Below, piece after piece: positions 48,366-57,399 of a stretch of 60,975 bases of DNA (its first letter is position 1; every line of letters starts with the position of its first letter). Below the pieces are notes generated by a model. The model saw only the letters and a program-made list of their open reading frames with translations, was not told the origin of the DNA and made no database searches. The stretch spans positions 1-60,975 of the forward strand of contig CANQCT010000001.1 in the NCBI GenBank assembly GCA_947589835.1, written 5' to 3'. The stretch is from an uncultured Clostridia bacterium (lineage in GTDB: Bacteria; Bacillota; Clostridia; TANB77; CAG-508). The translations under genes were made by a program, and so were the position numbers.

Positions 48366-49364
48366 TTAATATACATAGTTTTGTGGGTTATATAAAACTC
48401 CATTTATTCTTACTTCTAAATGTAAGTGCGGACCTGTAACATTTCCTGTTGTTCCTACTTTTCCTATTATTTGGCCTTGTGAAACTGCTTGTCCTTTGGT
48501 TACATTTAGTACACTGCAATGGCCATATAGGGTTTGTACACCGTTTCCGTGAGAAATGAGTATCATATTTCCATAAGAGCCACTATAACCGGCAGATACT
48601 ACTGTGCCTGATGCTGCTGCTTTTATAGGTGTTCCTGTAGGTGCTGCAATGTCTAGCCCTCTATGTGGTGAGCTACGTATGCTTTCCCTGCTACCAAATC
48701 TTGATGTAATAACTCCTGAAATTGGTTTTATTAATGTTATTCCTATATTTACTTTTTGGCTAGATGAGCCTGATACATAGCCAGATGAAGCAGATGCTGT
48801 ATATACTACTTTTGGTTTTGGTGCTTCATATAATTTTGAAACACATTTTTCTACTGATGTAAATTCTTTTGTTTTTGTATCATATTTTTCTACTATTCCA
48901 ATGTCGTTTTTATTTACACTGTTTTTATCTTTTAGTTTTTTTATTACACTTTCGGCTTCGTCAAATGTGGATACATATAGTTTTTCTTTGCCGTCATCTG
49001 TAATGGCATAGTATTTATAATATTGTGTTCCGCCTTCAGTGACTTTTGCATATATTTCTTCATCGTTTGATACTATGTCTTTTTTTAGTAGGCAAAGTGT
49101 GTATTCTGGTGCAGAAGTGATTTGCCTGAATGCTATTCCTTCTTTTTCTTCGCCTTCCATATATTTATTTATTTCGTTTTGTAATTTACTTTTGTTTTCA
49201 GTGTAACCTATTAGTTCGCCATTTAATGTGACTGCATAAGTTGGTTTATAAAAGAATGCTACTAAACCTACGATTAAGAATGCAGAAATTATTGTTATTG
49301 TTATTAATTTTATAGATGTTCTAAAAAACATAGCAAATTTTTTTATGGTATTAATTTTAAACAC
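48366..49364 (-). CDS. M23/LytM-family peptidoglycan endopeptidase with an N-terminal anchor
   Basis: C-terminus HRGLDIAAPTGTPIKAAASGTV...GNMILISHGNGVQTLYGHCS...GTTGNVTGPHLHLEV. Start codon uncertain (GTG at 49364 or ATG at 49331). Confidence 0.88.
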   Translation of the reverse strand: MFKINTIKKFAMFFRTSIKLITITIISAFLIVGLVAFFYKPTYAVTLNGELIGYTENKSKLQNEINKYMEGEEKEGIAFRQITSAPEYTLCLLKKDIVSNDEEIYAKVTEGGTQYYKYYAITDDGKEKLYVSTFDEAESVIKKLKDKNSVNKNDIGIVEKYDTKTKEFTSVEKCVSKLYEAPKPKVVYTASASSGYVSGSSSQKVNIGITLIKPISGVITSRFGSRESIRSSPHRGLDIAAPTGTPIKAAASGTVVSAGYSGSYGNMILISHGNGVQTLYGHCSVLNVTKGQAVSQGQIIGKVGTTGNVTGPHLHLEVRINGVLYNPQNYVY

Positions 49365-49478
49365 TTCCTATATATTAATGTTTTTTTATTCGCTATATAT
49401 TTTATAATAACAAAAGATATTTTACAAGGTTTTTATATAATATTTTTAATTTTTCACAATTTGGTAACAATTTTTAAG

Positions 49479-49724
49479 TTATTGTTGCAATTCGTCTTTT
49501 ACTGTTTGTATTTCTGTTACGGTTGCTTTTTGTGCTGGTTGATAGTAACCTTTTGCTTGTGCTATTTTAAAAAGCTCGTATTGAAAGCTTTCGTCATTAT
49601 TTCTAATTTGTTGAAGTGTTTGTCTAAGTTGCATATTTTCTGCTTCTGAAATGGCTGTTTGATATGCTGTTAAGTCTGATTTAACTCCGCTTAATATGTC
49701 ATTTACCATTGTTTTTTCATCCAT
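49479..49724 (-). CDS. Spore coat protein F (CotF)-like
   Basis: 81 aa. DEKTMVNDILSGVKSDLTAYQTAISEAEN.QLRQTLQQIRN matches the Coat_F pattern. Confidence 0.7.
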   Translation of the reverse strand: MDEKTMVNDILSGVKSDLTAYQTAISEAENMQLRQTLQQIRNNDESFQYELFKIAQAKGYYQPAQKATVTEIQTVKDELQQ

Positions 49725-49792
49725 AATTATTTTCCTTTCTTTTAAGGGTTTAAAATTTGATTAAAATTATATTTTCAAATTTTTTCCTAGTT

Positions 49793-49981
49793 TTAATTTT
49801 CTAAAAATGATAATAATTTTTGTTTTGTGTTTAATGCGTCTTGTGCAGATTTTGAAAAGATCTGCTTGATTTGTGGGTCCACTGCTTGTGAAGAAAATGT
49901 ATTTAATTTTTGATATGCAGTTTCGTGGGCACCTATTAGATGTCGTAGGTGTTGAAGTTCTAGTTGATTTAAATTTGGCAT
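49793..49981 (-). CDS. Small spore-coat-associated protein (partner of the CotF-like protein)
   Basis: 62-aa ORF. LELQHLRHLIGAHETAYQKL... The gene pairing is typical of clostridial coat loci (from memory). Confidence 0.55.
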   Translation of the reverse strand: MPNLNQLELQHLRHLIGAHETAYQKLNTFSSQAVDPQIKQIFSKSAQDALNTKQKLLSFLEN

Positions 49982-50080
49982 TTTTATCCTCCCTTTCTGT
50001 TTATAATATTATTTTTATTATGGACATTTTGGAAAATTTTATACACTTTTTATATTTTTATATTTTTATATAATAATATA

Positions 50081-50223
50081 AGAGCAAAAATATAATAATT
50101 CTTGCGCCTTGCTTGTCGCAGCCAATCAATAATGGGTAGGCTGCTCCACTCGCGCTCCGCACCTTGCAGGTGCTCTCGCTTAGTCGCTGCGCGGCGCTAT
50201 CGAATTTATTATATTTTTGCTCT
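50081..50223. other. GC-rich (about 61%) 100-nt core flanked by 21-22-nt inverted repeats; candidate structured RNA or MITE
   Basis: Left arm AGAGCAAAAATATAATAATTC (50081-50101), right arm GAATTTATTATATTTTTGCTCT (50202-50223). The core contains hairpins GCAGCC...GGCTGC and GCACCT-TGC-AGGTGC and a closing GCGCC/GGCGC. Confidence 0.6.
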
Positions 50224-50283
50224 TTTATATTATTATATTTTTGCTCTTTATATAATATTTTTTATTTTATAATAAATTAAAAA

Positions 50284-52572
50284 TCATTCTATTATTTCGA
50301 GTCCTGCAAATTTTGCCATTAGCCTCTTATGGCCTGCCTTATCAAATTCAATATCTACTTTGTAATCGTCTTCTTCTGGCTCTATTTTTTGAATAGTGCC
50401 TTCTCCAAATTTTTTATGATAAACTCTTTGCCCTTGTTTATATTTTGTTATATCTACTTCAGTTTGTGCTTTCTTTTGATTTAGTGAATTTAAAAAGCTT
50501 TCTGCTGTTCTAAATTGGTATGTTGTTCTTGGTTTTATGTCTACTTTATCTTCTGTATCAAATGTATATGTTTTTACTTTTGCTTGATTATGTCTACCAT
50601 ATTCCCAGTTAAATTCTAATTCACCAAAATCATCTTCGTCATTTTCTTGTATGTTTGCATCTAATAGTTCTTCTGGTATTTCTTTAATAAATCTTGATAC
50701 TGCATTGTAACTTGTTGAGCCAAAAATGGTTCTATGTTTTGCATAGCTTAAGTATAAAAACCTTTTTGCTCTTGTAATTCCTACATAAAATAAACGTCTT
50801 TCTTCTTCTAATTCTTTTGGCTCTCCTATTGATTTATAGCCTGGGAATATTCCTTCTTCCATTCCTACTAAAAATACTGCTGGGAATTCCAAGCCTTTTG
50901 CACTATGTAATGTCATTAATGTAACTGAGTTTTCTTCATCTTCCATTCCATCTATGTCACTAGATAATGTAATGCTTTCTAGAAATTCTGCTAAACTGTT
51001 ATCTGCTGATTCTTCTTCAAATTCCATTGCTACTGTTAAAAATTCTTCTAGGTTTTGTATTCTTGTTTCCGCTTCTACACTTTGTTCATTTTCTAGTGCT
51101 TTTGTGTAACCTGATTTATTTAGTACTTCTTTTAGTAGTTCTGATATGCTTAAAGTTTCTTTTTTTTGTCTTAAATCTTCTATTAAATTAATGAATTCAT
51201 TACTATTCGCTTTTATTCTATTTAGTCCATAATTTTCTGCATTTTTTATAATTTCATACATTGATGTTCCAGTTTCGTCAGATATTTGTGAGATGTTATC
51301 TAAACTTGTTTTTCCTATTCCACGTTTTGGTTCATTTATAATTCTTTTTAAAGATATATTGTCTGATGGATTTTGCACTAATCTTAAATATGCTATTGCG
51401 TCTTTTATTTCTTTTCTTTCATAGAATTTTACTCCACCTACTACTTTATATGGTATGTCTTCTCTTCTTAAAATGTCTTCTATTGCTCTTGATTGTGCAT
51501 TCATACGATATAGTATAACAAAGTCCTTGGGCTTAAAGTATTCTTCTGTTTTTAAATGCTCAATTTGCTCTACAATGTATCGTGCTTCGTCATATTCGTC
51601 TTCTGCTTGATATAGGCAAGGAAGCGCTCCTTCTTCGTTTTCGGTCCATAATTTTTTTTCATATTTATTTTCATTGTGTTTTATTACGCTGTTTGCAGCT
51701 TTTAGTATATTTCCTGTGCAACGGTAGTTTTGCTCTAATTTTATTATTTTAGTACCTGGAAAGTCTTTTTCAAAGTTTAATATGTTTGTAATATCTGCTC
51801 CTCTGAAGCTATAAATTCCTTGGTCGTTATCGCCTACTACTGTGATGTTTCCATAACGAGATGCTAAAATTGATACTAGAGTAAATTGCGCTTTGTTTGT
51901 GTCTTGGTATTCATCTACTAATACATATTTGAATTTATCTGTGTAATGCTGAAGTACATCTGGGTTGTTTGTTAAAATATCAATTGTGTAGTTTATAATG
52001 TCATCAAAATCTACTGCGTTATTTTCTTTTAGCCTTTTTTGATATAGTTCATATACTTTTCCTATTATTTCTTTTCTATATTCTCCTGCATATTTGGTTT
52101 GGTATGCTTTTGGTGTAAGCATTTCGTTTTTGGCGTTGCTTATTTCAGCTAAAACGCTTCTATCCGTAAACATTTTATCATCTATGTTTAATGTTTTTAG
52201 GCATTCTTTTACTATTGTTTTTTGATCAGATGTGTCAAATATTAAAAATGATGTGTCAAAGCCTATTCTATCTATGTATTTTCTTAAAATGCGCACACAA
52301 ATTGAGTGGAAGGTTCCCATCCACATTTCTTGTGCTACGTTTCCTACTATGTTTTCTACTCTTTGTTTCATTTCGCTTGCTGCTTTGTTTGTAAAGGTTA
52401 TTGCTAGTATATTCCATGGTTTTACATTTTTTTCTGAAATTAAGTATGCTATTTTATGTGTTAATACTTTAGTTTTTCCGCTTCCTGCTCCTGCTATTAC
52501 TAAGCATGGACCATCAACAGCTAATACGGCTTCTTTTTGTTTATTGTTTAATTCTTCTATTAAGTTTTGCAT
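50284..52572 (-). CDS. pcrA: ATP-dependent DNA helicase PcrA (UvrD family)
   Basis: 762 aa. LNNKQKEAV...AGAGSGKTKVLTHKIAYL...TFHS...VDEYQDTN...GDNDQGIYSFRGA...TLHSAKGLEF...YVGITRA. Confidence 0.93.
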   Translation of the reverse strand: MQNLIEELNNKQKEAVLAVDGPCLVIAGAGSGKTKVLTHKIAYLISEKNVKPWNILAITFTNKAASEMKQRVENIVGNVAQEMWMGTFHSICVRILRKYIDRIGFDTSFLIFDTSDQKTIVKECLKTLNIDDKMFTDRSVLAEISNAKNEMLTPKAYQTKYAGEYRKEIIGKVYELYQKRLKENNAVDFDDIINYTIDILTNNPDVLQHYTDKFKYVLVDEYQDTNKAQFTLVSILASRYGNITVVGDNDQGIYSFRGADITNILNFEKDFPGTKIIKLEQNYRCTGNILKAANSVIKHNENKYEKKLWTENEEGALPCLYQAEDEYDEARYIVEQIEHLKTEEYFKPKDFVILYRMNAQSRAIEDILRREDIPYKVVGGVKFYERKEIKDAIAYLRLVQNPSDNISLKRIINEPKRGIGKTSLDNISQISDETGTSMYEIIKNAENYGLNRIKANSNEFINLIEDLRQKKETLSISELLKEVLNKSGYTKALENEQSVEAETRIQNLEEFLTVAMEFEEESADNSLAEFLESITLSSDIDGMEDEENSVTLMTLHSAKGLEFPAVFLVGMEEGIFPGYKSIGEPKELEEERRLFYVGITRAKRFLYLSYAKHRTIFGSTSYNAVSRFIKEIPEELLDANIQENDEDDFGELEFNWEYGRHNQAKVKTYTFDTEDKVDIKPRTTYQFRTAESFLNSLNQKKAQTEVDITKYKQGQRVYHKKFGEGTIQKIEPEEDDYKVDIEFDKAGHKRLMAKFAGLEIIE

Positions 52573-52731
52573 TTTTTTCTCTCTTTCTTTTTGTTTATTT
52601 TTTATATTTTGTTTTTTGTATTATATTTTTTATATAGTAATGCTAATTTTTTAAGCTATTTTTATATGGTGACATTAATTTTTTATATAATAATTTTTCT
52701 GTTTATGTGAAGTTCTTTTATATTTGTTATT

Positions 52732-53187
52732 TTATATTTTTTCTAATAATTTTTTTAAAGCTTCTTCTATTTCTTTTGCGCATTGTTTGTAGGTTTCTAA
52801 GTTATATCCCCACGGGTCTTTTATATCTATTCCATAAATTTCATCTTTCCTACCTACATATTCTTTTAGTGTAAATATTTTATCTTTTAATTCTGGATAT
52901 AGGCTTATTACAAATAGTTTGTGTGATAATGTTGCACACAAAATGAGATCCATTTTTTCTATGTTAGAGTATTTTATGTTAGTTGCTCTATGATTTTTTA
53001 GGTCTATTCCATATTCGGCCATTGCTTCTATGGCATTTTGTGTTGGAATATCGCCATCATCTGCTGAAATTCCACATGAATATACTTCTATATTTGCTTT
53101 TTTAGTTTCTTTTAGCATTTTTTTAAGCATTGCTTCTGCCATTGCGCTTCTACATATGTTTCCTGTGCATATAAACATTATTTTCAT
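52732..53187 (-). CDS. Low-molecular-weight protein phosphatase (YwlE/arginine- or tyrosine-phosphatase type)
   Basis: CX5R(S) P-loop MFICTGNICRSAMAE plus a DP motif. Start set at the ATG after GAGGA; the longest ORF runs to 53199. Confidence 0.85.
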   Translation of the reverse strand: MKIMFICTGNICRSAMAEAMLKKMLKETKKANIEVYSCGISADDGDIPTQNAIEAMAEYGIDLKNHRATNIKYSNIEKMDLILCATLSHKLFVISLYPELKDKIFTLKEYVGRKDEIYGIDIKDPWGYNLETYKQCAKEIEEALKKLLEKI

Positions 53188-53333
53188 TTTTTTCCTCATA
53201 TAATATGTTTTTTATGGACATATTCTTTCTTTGTTTTACTTAGTGACATTGTATCATACTACTTATTTTTATACAATTATATATTTTAAAATTAATATTT
53301 AATATTTAATTATTAATAATTTTATAGTAAATC

Positions 53334-53383
53334 GCTTAAATAGTACTAGTTTTCTTGTTTTTCAAATGCCCGTTGCAGAAGAA
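53334..53383 (-). repeat. Truncated copy (3' half only) of the palindromic repeat, copy 8
   Basis: GCTTAAATAGTACTAGTTTTCTTGTTTTTCAAATGCCCGTTGCAGAAG, then unrelated sequence 14 nt before the ZIP stop codon. Confidence 0.8.
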
Positions 53384-53396
53384 ATTTCAATAATGT

Positions 53397-54128
53397 TTAT
53401 AAGTTCAATGCTAAAATGCCTAATAATAGTCCTAAAATGTTCCCTATTGCAGTTATTCTGCCATGGTATAAATTGTTTGATTCTGGAATGAGCTCTCCTG
53501 ATACAATGTAGATCATTGCACCTCCTGCAAAACTTAAACACATTGCAATAACACTTTGTGAAATTCCACCTATTAATGCTCCAAAAAATGCTCCTATTCC
53601 TGTTGTAATTCCAGAAAGTATAACGTAAAATATAACTTTTGCTGGCTTCATTCCTCCATTTTTCATGGGTACTGCCATGCTAATTCCTTCTGGCACATCG
53701 TGAAGGCAAATTGCAATTGCTAAGGATAGTCCAAGTGTTAGGGAAGCTTCAAATCCAGAGCCTATTGCTAAGCCTTCTGGAAAGTTATGTAAAGCTAATC
53801 CGATGCTAACTACTATTCCTGTTTTTAATAATGTGTTTTTTTGGAATTTTGCTTGAAATTTTTTATCTATTATTTCATCACAAAATATCATTGTGGCAAT
53901 TCCTAAAATAATTCCTAAAAAAACTGTTGCCATTGTGGTTAGTTCAAAGGCTTCTGGTAGTAAGTCGAAGCATACTATTGCTATCATAAGTCCTGATGCA
54001 AATGCTAAAATAAAACTTAAAAATTTTTTGGATGGATTATTGAATTTTACTCCTATAATTCCACCTATTGTTGTGCCAAAGGTTCCAAAAAATAATCCTA
54101 TTAAAGTGGTTTTTATAATTTCGTTCAA
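53397..54128 (-). CDS. ZIP-family divalent metal transporter (ZupT-like)
   Basis: 243-aa polytopic ORF. LHNFPEGLAIG and HDVPEGISMAVP motifs. TTG start after AAAGGAG. Confidence 0.85.
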   Translation of the reverse strand: MNEIIKTTLIGLFFGTFGTTIGGIIGVKFNNPSKKFLSFILAFASGLMIAIVCFDLLPEAFELTTMATVFLGIILGIATMIFCDEIIDKKFQAKFQKNTLLKTGIVVSIGLALHNFPEGLAIGSGFEASLTLGLSLAIAICLHDVPEGISMAVPMKNGGMKPAKVIFYVILSGITTGIGAFFGALIGGISQSVIAMCLSFAGGAMIYIVSGELIPESNNLYHGRITAIGNILGLLLGILALNL

Positions 54129-54248
54129 ATAAAAAACTCCTTTACATTTTTTATATTAGTATATTAATAGTTTTCTAAAAAATGTATAGGAGTATTCATT
54201 TTATACTATAATTTTTTATATAGTTTTAATTATTGGTTTTTCAATTTG

Positions 54249-55313
54249 TTATTCTTCTTCGCTTCCTTTTAATTTTTCGGCTGTGTCTGCTGTTATTAAG
54301 CTATCTATCATTTCATCTAAGTCACCATTTAGGAAGTTTTCCATTTGATAAATTGAAAGTCCTATTCTATGGTCTGTTATACGGCCTTGTGGGTAATTGT
54401 ATGTTCTAATTTTTTCGCTTCTATCTCCACTACCTACTTGACTTTTTCTAGCATTTGCAAGTTCTGAGTCTTGTTTTTCTTTTTCTTGCTCATATAGTCT
54501 AGAACGAAGTAATCTCATTGCGTAGTCTCTATTTTGAAATTGGGATCTTTCTGTTTGACATTCTGCTACCATTCCTGTTGGAATGTGTATTAAACGTACT
54601 GCAGATGATGTTTTATTAATATGCTGACCACCTGCACCAGATGATCTAAATACTTCCATTTTTATATCTGCTGGATTAATGTTTATTTCTACATCTTCTA
54701 CTTCTGGTAAAACTACTACTGTTGCAGTTGATGTATGTATTCTTCCACTTGCTTCTGTATCTGGTACTCTTTGTACACGATGAACTCCGCTTTCAAATTT
54801 TAGTCTGCTATATGCGCCTTTGCCAGTAATCATAAAAGAAATTTCTTTGTAGCCACCAAGTCCTGTTTCATTTTCATTTAATACTTCTAATTTCCAGTGT
54901 TTTTTTTCTGCATACATAGAATACATTCTATATAAAGTTCCTGCAAATAGTGCTGCTTCTTCTCCGCCTGCACCTCCACGTATTTCGCAAATTACGTTTT
55001 TATCGTCGTTTGGATCTTTTGGAATTAATAGTATTTTTATTTCTTCTTCTATTTTAGGTAATTTTTCTTTATTTTCTTGTATTTCTATTTCTGCTAATTC
55101 TTTCATTTCTGGGTCACTTAGCATTTCTTTTGCATCTTCTATTGCTTTATTTGCTGCTTTATATTCTCTATATTTTAATACAACTTCTTCTATTTCTGCA
55201 TGTTCTTTCATTAAAGCTTTCCATTCTTCTTGTTTATTAATTATTTCTGGATCACTTATTTTTTTTGTAATTTCTTCGTAGCGTTTTTCTACCTCATCTA
55301 ATTTTTGAAACAT
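54249..55313 (-). CDS. prfA: Peptide chain release factor 1
   Basis: GGQ motif [13 protein letters not shown]1-type [17 protein letters not shown] (PxT tripeptide). Start set at the ATG (MFQKLDEV); the ORF track begins at an upstream TTG (55325). Confidence 0.93.
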   Translation of the reverse strand: MFQKLDEVEKRYEEITKKISDPEIINKQEEWKALMKEHAEIEEVVLKYREYKAANKAIEDAKEMLSDPEMKELAEIEIQENKEKLPKIEEEIKILLIPKDPNDDKNVICEIRGGAGGEEAALFAGTLYRMYSMYAEKKHWKLEVLNENETGLGGYKEISFMITGKGAYSRLKFESGVHRVQRVPDTEASGRIHTSTATVVVLPEVEDVEININPADIKMEVFRSSGAGGQHINKTSSAVRLIHIPTGMVAECQTERSQFQNRDYAMRLLRSRLYEQEKEKQDSELANARKSQVGSGDRSEKIRTYNYPQGRITDHRIGLSIYQMENFLNGDLDEMIDSLITADTAEKLKGSEEE

Positions 55314-55484
55314 AATAAAATACAATCCTTTCTAACTTTTTTATTAAAGTATAATGTTTTTGGGACTTTTTTATTATAACTTAAAAATACTTATTTTTCA
55401 AGCTATTTTTGATTTTATTATAAGCTTTGCGTGTAGGTTTACTATAAGTCTTACGTTTTTAGTTAATGTTTTTATATCTATACA

Positions 55485-55597
55485 GCTTTAATAGTACTAT
55501 TTTTCGCAGTTTTGAAAGGTCCCGTTCTGACTTACTTCTATGAACTGGCAACTGCAACGGGCAATTTGAAAAACAAGAAAACTAGTACTATTTAAGC
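55485..55597 (+). repeat. Palindromic ~115-nt repeat, copy 9
   Basis: Same core. Outer stem GCTTTAATAGTACT...AGTACTATTTAAGC has one mismatch. Confidence 0.9.
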
Positions 55598-55642
55598 TTT
55601 AATTATAAATATTATATAGTAAAAAAATTGCTACTTAATAAA

Positions 55643-57322
55643 TTATAATTCTATTAAGTTATAACTTATATGTAGACTATCTAAAATTTGTTTTTCTCTG
55701 TTTGTACAAGTAAATAAAATAATTTGATGATTTTCTGATTGTTTTTGTAAAAATAATAATATATTTTTTAGTCTTTCTTCATCAAAATAGGCAAATGTTT
55801 CATCTAAAATAACTGGCATTTTTTCTTTTGAAATTTCATCTAGCATTGATAATCTTAACGCTAAATAAATTTCATCTATTGTTCCTATACTTAAACTACT
55901 AGCAGGTACATTTCTTCCATTTTCTAGTTCTACTATTATTTGCTCATTAATAAATACTTTTTCATATTTTCCGTTTGAAATTTCTTTAATAATTGTAGAT
56001 AAATTTTTTGCAAATTTTGGAGTAACATTATTTTTCATTTTATTATATGCTTTTTGTAATAAGAGTTTTGCTTCTTGAAAGCAAATATTTTTTTCTTCTA
56101 AAATTTCTAATTCTTCTTTTATTTTTGCTTGTTCTTCTTTATATAGAATTATTTTTTCTGTTTCTTCTGAAATTTTATTTTCTTCATATTTTATTTCATT
56201 TAATTTTAATTCATAATTTAATATTTTTTCATTTATTTTTTCTAATTTTTGTTCTGTTTCATTTTTTGTTTTTTCTAAATTTGTATTATTAGAAATATTA
56301 TTTATTTTATTTTCTAATTTAATATTAATTAAATTATTATTTGTTTTATTTTTTAAATTTAAAATTAATAAAAAAATATTAATTATTATTAATGATAAAA
56401 TAATATAATTAATTATTTTATTTTTAATAAAAATAAAATTAAAAATATTAACAATAATTAAAAAAATAAAAATTAAAATAAGTATTATTTTTTTATTTTT
56501 ATATTTATTTTCTTTTTTTAATTCATTTTTTATATTAATTTTTTCTTTTTCAATTTGTTCATTATACAATAGCTGATTTTCTTTTTTTATAATTTCATAA
56601 TTTTGTTTTTCTTGTTCTAATTTTTGTAAAATTTCTTCTTTTTGATTTTGTAAGTTTTGTTTTTTATCTAAGAGCATTTTTTCGTCCTTTAAGACAAACT
56701 CTAGCTCTTCGTTTCTATTTTGTAATAGATTTATGGGTCTATCTTGAGTTCTTTGGTTTCCTACTTCTTCTATTTGCCTTTTGTTTATGCTATCTATTAC
56801 CTTTGAAAAAGACACATCTCCACTGCCAGTTTCCCCAAGGTTTGCGACTTTTTGGAGTAAATTGTTCTTTGAGCTGTTATCTAGCACAACTTCTTGTTGA
56901 GGGGTCATTATTGTAGAAATATACATTTTTTCATCTATTCCTGTTTGTTCATAAAAGAATTGGTTCCCATCCTTTTTGTCAATTTTAAATTCGTTTGAAA
57001 TGTCTTCTAAATTTCCATTAAATACCTTTGGATTTTTTTTATGAAAGTCACGAAAAATTTCATATGTTTTTTTATCATCAAGGGTATATTTTATTTTTCC
57101 AGAAAATTCTTCTGAATTCCAAGGAAGATATTTTTCATAATCTGAAATTTCTTTTCCATTTTTATTTTTTGAAATTCCATAAAAAATATTTTTTATAAAA
57201 TTTAATAGTGTGGATTTTCCACTTTCATTTTTTCCATAAATAATATTTATATTATTTTCTAAATTTATTTCTTTATTTTTTAAAGTTCCATAAGAATTAA
57301 TTTTTATTTTTTTTATTTTCAA
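55643..57322 (-). CDS. AAA/SMC-like ATPase with central TM segments (YhaN/SbcC-like)
   Basis: Walker A GKNESGKST, coiled-coil Lys/Glu/Asn-rich middle, hydrophobic stretch IILILIFIFLIIV...LSLIIINIFLLIL, D-loop PVILDETFAYFD. TTG start after GGAGAA. Confidence 0.75.
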   Translation of the reverse strand: MKIKKIKINSYGTLKNKEINLENNINIIYGKNESGKSTLLNFIKNIFYGISKNKNGKEISDYEKYLPWNSEEFSGKIKYTLDDKKTYEIFRDFHKKNPKVFNGNLEDISNEFKIDKKDGNQFFYEQTGIDEKMYISTIMTPQQEVVLDNSSKNNLLQKVANLGETGSGDVSFSKVIDSINKRQIEEVGNQRTQDRPINLLQNRNEELEFVLKDEKMLLDKKQNLQNQKEEILQKLEQEKQNYEIIKKENQLLYNEQIEKEKINIKNELKKENKYKNKKIILILIFIFLIIVNIFNFIFIKNKIINYIILSLIIINIFLLILNLKNKTNNNLINIKLENKINNISNNTNLEKTKNETEQKLEKINEKILNYELKLNEIKYEENKISEETEKIILYKEEQAKIKEELEILEEKNICFQEAKLLLQKAYNKMKNNVTPKFAKNLSTIIKEISNGKYEKVFINEQIIVELENGRNVPASSLSIGTIDEIYLALRLSMLDEISKEKMPVILDETFAYFDEERLKNILLFLQKQSENHQIILFTCTNREKQILDSLHISYNLIEL

Positions 57323-57399
57323 TTAATTTCTCCTTTTTTATTTAATTTATTTTTTATTTTTATTTTTTAATTTTTTATAATTAATTATTTTTTTATTTA

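Noticed and set aside
50102-50201. The GC-rich island as a tRNA, 5S rRNA, SRP RNA or tmRNA fragment
   Set aside because: There is no GTTCGAATC-type T-loop or cloverleaf. It does not resemble the Bacillus 5S sequence as I recall it, and there is no SRP domain IV motif. It is left as an unclassified structured element.
55643-57322. The YhaN-like ATPase plus YhaO-like nuclease as a novel defence system
   Set aside because: The gene pair and architecture match the widespread Firmicute yhaO-yhaN (SbcCD-like) repair operon. Nothing beyond the CGG junctions is unusual.
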